A DNA stretch of 64,000 nt from Octopus sinensis (Eukaryota). This document shows, one piece after another, positions 26,409-37,270 of the stretch (positions are counted from its first letter, which is position 1; each line of letters starts with the position of its first letter). The notes beneath the pieces are model-generated. The model had not been told where the DNA came from. It ran no database searches and saw only the letters and a program-made list of their open reading frames with translations. Made by a program: the position numbers and the translations under genes. The stretch lies in NCBI RefSeq assembly GCF_006345805.1, contig NC_042998.1, positions 186,992,001-187,056,000 of the forward strand, written 5' to 3'.

Positions 26409-26416
26409 TATTTTAC

Positions 26417-26428
26417 CAATCCAAACAT
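26417..26428 (-). other. Candidate 12-nt micro-exon
   Basis: taatttttttcAG|atgtttggattg|GTAAAA. Confidence 0.2.
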
Positions 26429-26598
26429 CTGAAAAAAATTAAAAGATTTAATGCCTCCACATTGAGAAAACTACATCAAAGATTCTAGGGACCAGAAATG
26501 TTGCAAATTGTTGTAGGCAAAAGGACTTCTAGGATAAAAGAGTAGATAAGTCCATACATTTTATTACTACGATGTAGTGTTTTTATAAAATCCAGTTA

Positions 26599-26819
26599 TA
26601 CGAGGGAGTGGTGAAAAGTTCCTGGCTTTAAGGGTATTGCAAAAGGGCTGGTTGCAGGCCCAACCTTCTGAGATCTTTTACAAATCTTAGGAAAACTGAA
26701 GGACCCCTGCAATAAGTGTGTGAATTTGAGGGGGGAATATGCTGAATAAAATCATAATTAACTGATGCCCCTGCATTTTCTTTTACCCAAAGCCAGGAAC
26801 TTTTCAGCACCCCGTCATA
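26599..26819 (+). mobile_element. Mariner deletion derivative / MITE
   Basis: TIRs tacgagggagtggtgaaaagttcctggcttt / aaagccaggaacttttcagcaccccgtcata; internal KCVNLRGEY.E* resembles a mariner C-terminus. Confidence 0.85.
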
Positions 26820-27241
26820 CAGACTTCAAAGCTTAGTAATTTTACAGACAATAATGTAGGTGGTGTTGGTCGTTGAATGGAAAGGTTGAGTGTGTAGGGG
26901 ATGTGGTGGCAGTGGTGATGGTGATAATGATGAAGCAGAAAGAGAGGATGAACATGAAGGTAATGTTGGTGGAGTTGTGGACATGTGGAGCAGTAAAAAC
27001 CAACAAAACCATAAGACCTTACAAAACCAAAGTTAAGATACGAGAACTACCTCAGTCTAAAGAAAGGCAATATTTATGGATAAAGCTGAGAAAAAAATAT
27101 ACTGAATGAGCCCTTGCATTTTAAAAAGAATTATATTACACAAAAAAAAAAAAAAATGAGAGGAAAACTCACTGTTATCAATAATTCTTTCAAATGTTTG
27201 ACTTTTGAAACTAGCCAAGTTTCATCAAGTTAAACTGCTCT

Positions 27242-27430
27242 GGCTCCTGTGCCAGTGGTACGTAAAAAACACCCACTACACTCTCGGAGTGGTTGGCGTT
27301 AGGAAGGGCATCCAGCTGTAGAAACACTGCCAAATCAGACTAGAGCCTGGTGCAGCCTCCATGGCTTACCAGACCCCGATCGAACCATCCAACCCATGCT
27401 AGCATGGAAAACGGACATTAAACGATGATG
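27242..27430 (+). mobile_element. Family A retroposon
   Basis: gtgccagtggtacgtaaaaaacacccactac...gctagcatggaaaacggacattaaacgatgatg. Confidence 0.9.
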
Positions 27431-28216
27431 AAACTAACCAAATTTTACAAAGGCTACAGTTGTTAGCCACTCAACAACACATGAAAGAAAACATATCATG
27501 TCATACATGTTATCTTTCTATTGCTGGTCTGAAAATATACAAGTCTGTACATAATACCAAATATCATTATTCTGATTTGTACTTAACTGAAAACAGACAT
27601 GTGACAGCTGTGATAAAAGCAATATAGACCATCAGATGGGCTAAAGCGTCATCTTTACTTTCTGGCTCATTAACAAACATTAGTCATATTCATTATATAC
27701 ACATATGCTTGTCATCATCATCATCATCATCATCTTTATACATCTGTTTTCCATACTGGCATGGGCTGGGCAGGTCATCAGTCTTAAGTCAGTCCTTACC
27801 AAGAGCTGCTGCCCTCATGGACTAGTGTTGTCATTTGGTCTTACTTTCTATGGCTGAATGCCCAAAGGAGTGGCAGTACAAGACCAAGGAAGGGAACATG
27901 AAAGAGAACAATGACAGAAGGAAGGTTAGAATGAATTAGCGAAAGAAGTTAGAGTAGGATGGTGGAGACAGTTATTGGGGTGAAGAGAGAATAGAAAATG
28001 ATGGGCAATGGCAAAAGTGGATAAAGGTAGTGACTGACCAGAGAAGTGGCCCAGCCACTTTACAGAGTATACTTAGTGCACTTTCTTGTGACACCAGCAC
28101 AGGAAAGACTGACTTATCCATGACAAAACAAGGCTAAAGGATCCTCATAAACCTATGATTTCCACTCACTTGCTCTCCACATTAGTGTGTACTGGATGCA
28201 TTATTTTGTGACAAGT

Positions 28217-28596
28217 GGAGGCGCAATGGCCCAGTGGTTAGAGCAGCGGACTCGCGGTCGTAGGATTGCGGTTTCGATTCCCAGACCAGGCGTTGTGAGT
28301 GTTTATTGAGCGAAAACACCTAAAGCTCCACGAGGCTCCGGCAGGGATGGTGGTGATCCCTGCTGTACTCTTTCACCACAACTTTTTCTCACTCTTACTT
28401 CTTGTTTCTGTTGTACCTGTATTTCAAAGGGCCAGCCTTGTCACTCTCTGTGTCACGCTGAATATCCCCGAGAACTACGTTAAGAGTACACGTGTCTGTG
28501 GAGTGCTCAGCCACTTACACGTTAATTTCACGAGCAGGCTGTTCCATTGATCGGATCAACCGGAACCCTCGTTGTCGTAACCGACGGAGTGCTTCC
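28217..28596 (+). mobile_element. SINE family C (tRNA-derived head), full length with TSD
   Basis: ggaggcgcaatggcccagtggttagagcagcgg (A box)...ggtttcgattccc (B box); TSD attttgtgaca at 28203-28213 / 28597-28607. Confidence 0.95.
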
Positions 28597-28749
28597 ATTT
28601 TGTGACACCAGCACTAGAAAGTGGTCAAGCTCGCTTTGAGACATGACTAAGAGTTGCTCAACCCTACTGTTCATCTGCTTGTTCACCAATCACGCTAGAA
28701 GATGTCCAAGGTGGAATAAAGCCCTTCATGTGGTACCAACATTGTAAAT

Positions 28750-29250
28750 GTTAAGAATACTGAGTATCCTCTTTCTTCTTGTCTTGAGACAGCATTCGCC
28801 CGGGGTGGGTTGAGCTGGCTTCATTCATCCTCAGTGCTGTAACTCTCACAAACGCCGACCAGGCCTGGTGATTTGAGGCTAACGACCGCGTAATCTCCAA
28901 CCACTCCTTATTCCAGCGGCAAATGCCATAGACATGGGGGCCTAGGTTGGGTTCTAGATCAGCCTTGATCCAACCCCTCCTCATCGTGGTAAGGGGGTGA
29001 AATGGGAGTCTCAGAGCTATGCCGCAGGAGACTTCGGTTTCTGGTAGGGCCACCCAAGGTGGATTGTTCTGACACCCAGCGGTATCAGGGCCGCACCCGG
29101 CTAATAGGGCTCTGGTGAACAGAAGCATCTGATCCGGCAACTGGCGGCTTCAACCCGTCCTGTCCCTGCGTCTGTGGAAAATCTACGGCAAACAAGACGT
29201 TCTCCCAACAGGGATATGCTTGCGGCTGGGGAGAACTTATTCCCAAGATC
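28750..29250 (-). mobile_element. RTE-like LINE 3' fragment
   Basis: Minus translation ...WIKADLEPNLGPHVYGICRWNKEWLEITRSLASNHQAWSAFVR resembles RTE C-termini. Confidence 0.5.
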
Positions 29251-29700
29251 CTTCAAACACTCCTCATGACTGAGTATCCTAAGACATATTCTTTCCTCCA
29301 GAAGGGTGGAAGTACAAGACCAAGGAAAGGAACAGAAGAGAGAACAATGACAGCAGGAATGCCAGAAAGAGCTAGTAAAAGAGGCAAGAATATGGATAAC
29401 AGCAACGGTTATTAGGGTGAAGTGTGAAGGGAGAGTGGTGGTTGACAATAGAAGTGGCCCAAAGGAGGTGATGTCTGGCAGTGTAGAAAGGGTGAGGTTT
29501 CCAAGCAAGGTAATATTTTTCCATAGATAGACATGATTTTCATGAAAGACTGGAAAGAAACAACCTTGCTTGTGTGAAGATTAATGCTCATTTACAACCA
29601 TCACATGATGTTTAGAACAGTGATACACACGTGACCGCATGTGTATCGTTTGCGATTTTCTTTCTCCATCTTCCCTTCCTTGGACTTTTCCTTTTTCTAT

Positions 29701-29735
29701 ATTTCTGACGAAGAGCTCCGCTCGAAACGTTAAAT
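29701..29735 (+). ncRNA. Minimal type I hammerhead ribozyme motif (Penelope pLTR type)
   Basis: attt CTGACGA a gagc-tcc-gctc GAAAC GTT aaat: intact core, 4-bp stem II, palindromic ACGT stem III, 4-bp stem I. Confidence 0.7.
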
Positions 29736-29943
29736 CCTCCTTCTTTCTATCCTACATGACTTTCTGAAAGATAGAAGTAGTAATAGCTAACAGGGCCACT
29801 TCCAAAGAAACATAAATAGCGAATGGTGTACCACAGGGCATTGTTTTGAGGTCATTACTGTTCATAGTGGCCTTCTAAGATTTATCCTCAAGCAAACAGA
29901 GAGCCACCCTCACAAGCTGTGCATATGATATAAAAAATTTTTA

Positions 29944-30350
29944 TAGGTGCAGGAGTGGCTGTGTGGTAAGTAGCTTGCTAACCAACCACATGGTTCCGGG
30001 TTCAGTCCCACTGCGTGGCATCTTGGGCAAGGGTCTTCTACTATAGCCTCGGGCCGACCAATGCCTTGTGAGTGGATTTGGTAGACGGAAACTGAAAGAA
30101 GCCTGTCGTATATATGTATATATATATAAGTGTGTGTGTATATATAAGTGTGTGTGTATATGTTTGTGTGTCTCTGTTTGTCCCCCTAGCATTGCTGGTG
30201 TGTTTACATCCCCGTCACTTAGCAAAAGAGACCGATAGAAAAAGTACTGGGCTTACAAAGAATAAGTCCCGGGATCGATTTGCTCGACTAAAGGCGGTGC
30301 TCCAGCATGGCCGCAGTCAAATGACTGAAACAAGTAAAAGAGTAAAGAGT
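29944..30350 (+). mobile_element. SINE family B
   Basis: Head + internal (TA)/(TG) spacer + second domain ending gactgaaacaagtaaaagagtaaagag. Confidence 0.95.
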
Positions 30351-31760
30351 ACAAAACCCTGAAGATATCTTTGCATCTGTAATAAGAGTTAGATGCAATA
30401 CACAAGTGGACTGAGAACAGCAGCATGCTGTTAACGCTAAAAAATTCCAAGTCCTATGTTATCAGCAGGCAAAGCCAAATGCAATGCAGATAAAATACAC
30501 TGAACCATGAGGCTTTGCAGTCTCAGTCACAATCAGTACATGACCTGGGCAGTGACATGAGTAATGATGCATCCTTCTATGTGCATATTACTAAGATGAC
30601 AATGAAATGCAGGCAGCTGGCTAGATGGATTCCAAGAACTTTCAGAATAAAAGAGCAGGATACTATGATGGTCCTCTAAAAATATTTGCCCTAAGCTGTT
30701 TTGACAATTATTACCAACCATGGTCATCTTCATAAAAGTGGAACTTGAAGCAATCCAATGAAGCTACACAAAGAAAGGTAAGTCTCAATGGAGCACATTA
30801 GCTACTGGAAAAGACTCAAAAGATTAAAACTTTACTCCTTGAAATGATGGCAGGAAAGATAAATTGGAATATAAACCTAGAAGATTCAGGATGACTTGAC
30901 TCAAAGTTTGGTACTGAAAGTTATATTAAAACCAGAACTGTAGCCGTTGCCAGCGCTGCCCCGACTGGCCTCCGTGCCGGTGGCACGTAAAAGTACCATC
31001 CGTTCGTGTCCGTTGCCAGCCTCGCCTGGCCCCCGTGCCGGTGGCACATAAAAGCACCATCCGTTCGTGGCCGTTGCCAGCCTCGCCTGGCCCCTGTGCG
31101 TAAAAAGCACCATCCGTTCGTGGCTGTTGCCAGTGCCGCCCCGACTGGCCTCTGTGCCGGTGACACATAAAAGCACCATCCGTTCGTGTCCGTTGCCAGC
31201 CTCGCCTGGCCCCCGTGCTGGTGGCACGTAAAAGCACCATCCATTCGTGGCCGTTTGCCAGCACTGTCTGGCACCTGTGCGGGTGGCACGTAAAAAGCAC
31301 CCACTACACTCACGGAGTGGTTGGCGTTAGGAAGGGCATCCAGCTGTAGAAACACTGCCAGATCAGACTGGGCCTGATGCAGCCTTCTGGCTTCACAGAC
31401 CCCAGTTGAACCGTCCAACCCATGCTAGCATGGAAAACGGACGCTAAATGATGATGATGATGATGAGAACAGGGCACCATTGCAGACTACCAAATATACC
31501 ACCTTTGCCATCAAAATACAGGACCCGCTTCAGATTCAAGGGTCCTCAGCTCTTCAATATCCTCCCAAAAGATTTACGAAATCTACATGAAGTGGGTGTG
31601 GATATCTTCAAAACAAAACTGGATCTCTTACTGACAAGAGTCCTGGATGAGCCAACTCCATGGTAGTAAATGTAAATGAGTCCAGTAACATCAAACTTCC
31701 TCATTCACCAAATGCCAACTATTAAAGAAGGATTAATGAAGATATAGCAACACCAATTGG
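30350..31760 (+). mobile_element. Degenerate CR1/L2-like LINE 3' part, interrupted by family A
   Basis: FKGPQLFNILPKDLRNL...FKTKLDLLLTRVLDEP is a typical CR1/L2-group C-terminus. Confidence 0.75.
30945..31466 (+). mobile_element. Family A retroposon with the longest VNTR (about 6 units)
   Basis: Units start near 30974, 31035, 31095, 31154, 31215 and 31278; RTE tail, (GAT)n. Confidence 0.95.
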
Positions 31761-31887
31761 CAGTGCCCTGACATGGCTACGGGCTCTCAAGCTGAAACTA
31801 GTAAAAATGTATAACAGTGAATATATAGTGCCTCAGTATGGCCACAGCCTTAGGGCTGAAGCATATCAAGGAATAAAATATATATAT

Positions 31888-32272
31888 AGGCGCAGGAGTG
31901 GCTGTGTGGTAAGTAGCTTGTTTACCAGCCACATGGTTCCGGGTTCAGTCCCACTGCGTGGAACCTTGGGCAAGTGTCTTCTACTATAGCCTCGGGCCGA
32001 CCAAAGCCTTGTGAGTGGATTTGGTAGACGGAAACTGAAAGAATCCCGTCGTATATATGTATATATATATATATATATGTGCATGTATGTTTGTATGTCT
32101 GTGTTTGTCCCCCAACATCGCTTGACAACCGATGCTTAGCGGTTCGGCAAAAGAGACCGATAGAATAAGTACTGGGCTTACAAAGAATAAGTCCCGAGGT
32201 CGAGTTGATCGATTAAAAAGGCGGTGCTCCAGCATGGCCGCAGTCGAATGACTGAAACAAGTAAAAGAGAGT
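31888..32272 (+). mobile_element. SINE family B
   Basis: aggcgcaggagtggctgtgtggtaagtagcttg...gactgaaacaagtaaaagag. Confidence 0.95.
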
Positions 32273-33419
32273 ATATAACCTAAAACATATCTGCGTGTTA
32301 TAACTATCTGTTTCAGTGGAGTTGTAATACCGATGAATTCCATCTTGGTTTGCTTAACTTGATAACAGGGTTTAATCATAGTTCAGCATCTGCCTGAAGG
32401 TGATTGGCCAAAATATTTACAGATCGATTACACAACTGATTGGTTTATGAATAGTTCACACGGCATCCTCTGGCTTTGCCGGCAGTAACAGTAGAGAATG
32501 GAAATAGAGTCACAAATTTGATTAGGTAAAAAAAGTGTCACGTTTCATTTTTAAATACTATAAATAATAATCGCAGCAATTAAACAATTATTTTAAAGCG
32601 CCGATTAATTGGCAAAGCATGGCTTGTACTCAATAACAAGTTTTATATAATCGACATTACATACATGTGAAAATAAAAAAAAACAACACTTTTTATTCAG
32701 TCATAAACAATGAAAAACAAAACGAAACTCATTAAAATATTCATTCATTGAAGTTTCCCCGATTCATAACAATAATTGCGGTCAGCGCGAGTCAGTGACG
32801 GAGCTATGACGCATTCGCTTGATCTGCTAGAAATAACAACCTTCTCAAATCACACCCAACTCTCTTGGAAATTAGAAAAGGATAATGTAATCATCGAAAG
32901 CTTGGCCTAGGGCTAAAACAGCATCTACAAATGAAATAGTCAGCACCAAGATACACTTTATTTTCTTAAATGGTAACTTTGTAAACATCCATTCTAAGAA
33001 ACTAACGATTAGTAAAACTTATTGAATTTTCGGTGGAATTTACGACTCAATTATTGAAAAGAAGAGAAATTTCGATGAATAACTAGTAAACAATTTCAGG
33101 TTTTCGCCTATCTTTATACTACAGCACTATGTTCGATTAACAACTTGAAAGTTTGACTCGGACTGTGCGTTTTTTATTCTTCTTCTTTTTTTTTTTTTTT
33201 TTTTTTTATCGTGGTGAATTTGTCAGAGAAAGAAAGTGTCCGTGATCCTTTTCAGGGCACACCTAGACTGGTGAAAGGATATAAAAATCGTTACAAGTAA
33301 ATCAGTCTCGTTAGGCACTTTCCGGATGCTCTTCCCTAAACTAGCAAAATGAAAAAATAGCGGGAGTTTCTTTCTCTTTCTTTCTCTCTCTCTCTCTCTC
33401 TCTCTCTAGAAATTGAATA

Positions 33420-33523
33420 TTGAGAAAAAAGGTTGTAAGAATTTTGGAAAAAATCTTTTTATTTCTTCATTATGAAGAAATAAAAAGAATTTTTTCCAAA
33501 ATTCTGACGACCTGTTTTTTCAA
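33420..33523. repeat. ~105-bp fold-back palindrome (MITE-like; half copy near 19912-19970)
   Basis: aggttgtaagaattttggaaaaaatctttttatttcttcat-t-atgaagaaataaaaagaattttttccaaaattctgacgacct. Confidence 0.85.
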
Positions 33524-33570
33524 TATATATATATATATATTATATTATATTATATTATATTATATTATAT

Positions 33571-33623
<53 letters not shown>

Positions 33624-33819
33624 ACCAAAATAAATTTTAGTAACTTGGAAAGTGATCCCATATCTAAACATAAAGGGGTTCTGCTTTTATTGTTTGAATT
33701 ATTAGTTGACTGGATATTAACTTAGACTAGTGTAAATAACAATAACTTTCTAAAATATTTGATATATTTTAGTCCCTTTCTCTCAGGCTATGGAAATAGT
33801 TTAAACTCTCCATACTTAC

Positions 33820-33872
33820 TTGTTAATTTGCACATTCTGCGATTTCACAAAGAATTCATTAGGCACCCAATA
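33820..33872 (-). CDS. Candidate 53-nt exon (YWVPNEFFVKSQNVQIN)
   Basis: ttttatttcacatttcAG|tattgg...ttaacaa|GTAAGT; only phase 0 reads through. Confidence 0.4.
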
Positions 33873-35119
33873 CTGAAATGTGAAATAAAATTCTTCAACA
33901 AAGAATCAGATACGAAGAAAAAAAAATACATTCATAACAAGTGAGAATTCTTTGAATCAAAACTGAAATTGAAACAATAATACGGATATGCAAATCTAAA
34001 CGTGAACGGGTGTGCTATGAGTTATTTCATTTAAAGCCGGGCCAAGAGTGTTTATCTATAAACTCATCGTCATCGTCGTCAACCGTCATCACCCCCATCC
34101 CACTGTTATCAGTGCTTCCTTTGTCTTCCGTCATATAGTAATCTCGCTGTACGACCTGTCTTAATTTCTTGGAAAGCATTCTAATGCATTTTCCGTTAAT
34201 TTTCACATTAATGTTTTTTAACTTCCACATTACACAGAAAACGAAACTAAAAACACTGGCACTGCTATCTCTTATTATAAACCGTTAAATTTTGCATCTT
34301 TGTTCGACTCTGTATCCAATAGCAATTGTGATATTTCTACCTTTGTTTGTGTGGAGTTCAGCATGCGTCTTTGTGTGAAATTAAAACAGTTTGCTTCGGT
34401 TTTTTTTTTTTTTTTTTTCAAATAATTGCATTTATCTTTTCAAAAAGGGAATTAATTTAAAACGCACCTTCTTCTTCAAACTTTGTTTGATGTAGATTGA
34501 AATGTGCCTTCCTTTATGCAAGATTGTTTACGCATGCAACTCAGAAAAATCGCATGTTTCGTACGCGCATTCGTCCGAGTTAACCCCTCACACTTGCAAG
34601 GGAGGTAACTAAATGCTTTTTCTGTTCCAGCCTCTACTTTCACTTCAATATTTTAGCTTAAAGGAGGGCAGTATTGCACGAAATACCTAACTGTCCAGGC
34701 ATCGGACCGGGTTACGAAAGCGTTGCGCTTCATCAGATCTTATTGTATAGTGGAATTCGTAACGCAAAGCGCATTCTGTCTCCCATTTCTCTATAAACAA
34801 TGCGTTCCCGAAAATATTACCGTAACATGGGATTCCGTAATACAATACCAAATCCCAATTTCCCTTTGATTTCTGTCAACGGGAAATTAAGTTTCGCGTT
34901 ACGGTAATATTTCTAACGTTTCTTTAACGCGGAGGATGCTTGCATTTAGTTCAATGCCTTATCTATTTAAATACATTAGGGATTGACTTTGCCTTTCGTT
35001 TGTAAGAAAGATGGATTTTTTTATCTACACCTCATCTTGTCCTAATATTTCAGTTTGAAATGCAATTTCAAAAGAATTTATCCCCTTTTTTCATTGTTAT
35101 CTCTCTCCTTTCCTTCTCC

Positions 35120-35124
<5 letters not shown>

Positions 35125-35169
<45 letters not shown>

Positions 35170-35225
35170 TCTCTTCTCTTCTCTTCTCTTCTCTTTTCTT
35201 CTCTTCTCTTCTCTTCTCTTCTCTA
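35125..35225. repeat. (CT)n + (CTTCT)n
   Basis: Direct reading. Confidence 0.95.
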
Positions 35226-36509
35226 AACAGTCTATATTATTTAGTTCCAAGTAGCCGTAGTCTGAAACCGAAATTCTTTAACCTGAGAGAAATTTCAGGA
35301 CGCCTGGGAAAATTTTAGGTTTCCAGATCGAAAAATTACTCATCATTATTATCATTACTCGCATTGTTTTTTTCTTTATTTATTTTTTTCGTTTTTCCTC
35401 TGCTAGATTTACTTCCTTTAATTTCGCTTGAAAGGAGACTAATACTAAATTGCAATAAAGCTGTTAATGTGCAATAAATTTTTTAGTAAGACTACTTTTT
35501 TGTTATTTCATATTTGGGTGGGGAAAACGGAATGATTAACTAGTAAAGAAGGGTAAGTCAAAGGATAAGAAACTCTCGTCCAAAGCATCCCAATCGTTAT
35601 CAGATAACCATAGTCCATCCAGGAATACTTTCTTCAATGTATCGCCCCCACCTTTATTTTATTTTTTTAATTTTATTTTTCAAACAGCAAGAGGAGAATT
35701 GGTTGCTATTTCTGAGCAGGTTATGTAGAAGTTTATTCATTGGTTCGTATCAAGCATGTCAGAGTGTTATTGGACTGAAGACAGCTTTCCATCAGCCGAT
35801 TAAATCATGAAAATATGTTAAATTACCTAACTTTTTCCTCTCTTGAAAAGTAAGAAAGAAAGAAAGCATGTTTGGCTGTCTGTGTTTGGCCTGTGTGTGT
35901 GTGTGTGCATGTGTGTCTCTGTGTGTCTGTCCCCTTTTCCCCACTTTTTTATATATTAAAAAACACTTGGACACAAAGTCAGTGCTTATTTTGGGATGTT
36001 GCAGCGTTAAACACATCAATAGTACACTTGGGTCCAAACGAAAAATATAAACAAATGATATGCATGCTAACGTTTCAAATGAGGATTTATTTCGGAAAAA
36101 ACAAAAACAAAATTCTTCCTAGATAGTATACAGGCACCATTATCAAAAAATCTGGTGCATTATACCCTTCACACCGCGCACACGTACACACATTCACACA
36201 CCCATACATACACACAGATGTTCAGGTACATACAATTATGAGTATATATGCATTTGTTCTAACATACAATACACGCAGTAGTAACAGACATTATATGGGT
36301 GGTAGAAGGAGAGTTGGGTGGAGAAGGGGTTATGCAGTTAGACTGTTCGGACGAGCAGAGGCCGTTGTAGTAGCGGCAGAATGGACAGTGAGGAGACAGT
36401 GTGACTGTGGGTCAGAAGGGGATATTTTGGAAGCTAAGTGGAGTGTAACTTTGTGCCGCAAAATAGCCATGTGTCTTTCTTTTGGGTGCTGTCTAGAATG
36501 TTTGTATTG

Positions 36510-36515
36510 TAGTAA

Positions 36516-36550
<35 letters not shown>

Positions 36551-36558
36551 CTAGTCGC

Positions 36559-36591
<33 letters not shown>

Positions 36592-36692
36592 TGTAGCAGC
36601 AGCAGTAGCAGTATGGTGGTGGTGGTGGTAGTGGTGGTGGTGGTGGTGGTGGTGGTGGTGGTGGTGGTGGTGGCAGTGGTGTTGGTGGTGGT
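36510..36692. repeat. Compound (TAG)n/(CAG)/(GTG)n trinucleotide array
   Basis: Direct reading; it explains the poly-S/poly-V/poly-T ORFs. Confidence 0.95.
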
Positions 36693-36944
36693 GTCACAAA
36701 TGTGAGAACAGCATTCCGTTGTGTGTCTCACACGAACTTAATAGAGAGTCTGCAACTGTCTATCTAGTCTTGAAGTATTTCTGACCATCAAGAGGAAGGT
36801 TAGTCTTGGGAATGTGATGTTTGTTATGACATTATTGTGAGGTAGCCAGGAGGTACCATCAAAAACTGTGAGACCCCACATTGTGTGAGTGTGTGTGTGT
36901 GTGTGTTTGTATAAATAAATATATATATGTATGTATATATATAT

Positions 36945-36991
<47 letters not shown>

Positions 36992-37181
36992 ATTTTTCCC
37001 TTGTTAACAATTAACACGGGAAAAAATCGATAAATAGTTACCAGGGTAGCAAAAAATCACACAAATAAAGAGGTTGTAACTCCTTGTTTTTAAAGGTAGA
37101 AACTTCAGGTTTACGTGAAATTTTTCGTATAAAAATAAATAAATAAATGGAGTTTAACTCAGGTGTAATTCAAATACTTTT

Positions 37182-37270
37182 ACTTCTGACACATGTTTCG
37201 AAGATATCACTGATATTATTCCAAAGGAATAAAATGGTGTAAAACAATGTAATCTTCTCTTCAGGGAAGT
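37182..37270 (-). ncRNA. Type I hammerhead motif in the inverted pLTR
   Basis: acttcc CTGAAGA gaag [49 nt] cttc GAAAC atgt GTC agaagt; one mismatch in stem I. Confidence 0.65.

Noticed and set aside
28217-28290. tRNA gene-like heads (also 49500, 52538, 54550)
   Set aside because: They have A/B boxes but continue into a SINE body with TSDs, with no proper acceptor stem, so they are SINE heads.
30945-31300. Regular ~60-bp repeats resembling a CRISPR array
   Set aside because: There are no unique spacers, the units are contiguous VNTR copies inside a eukaryotic retroposon, and there are no cas genes.
34711-34763. Minus-strand CTGATGA followed by an agcg-caa-cgct stem (hammerhead-like)
   Set aside because: The essential GAAA after stem II is absent (TTCG instead) and there is no credible stem I.
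35530-35655. Protein-like minus frame GDTLKKVFLDGLWLSDNDWDALDESFLSFDLPFFTS*
   Set aside because: There is no start codon and the upstream sequence is purine-rich, so it lacks an acceptor; probably chance or an unassignable relic.
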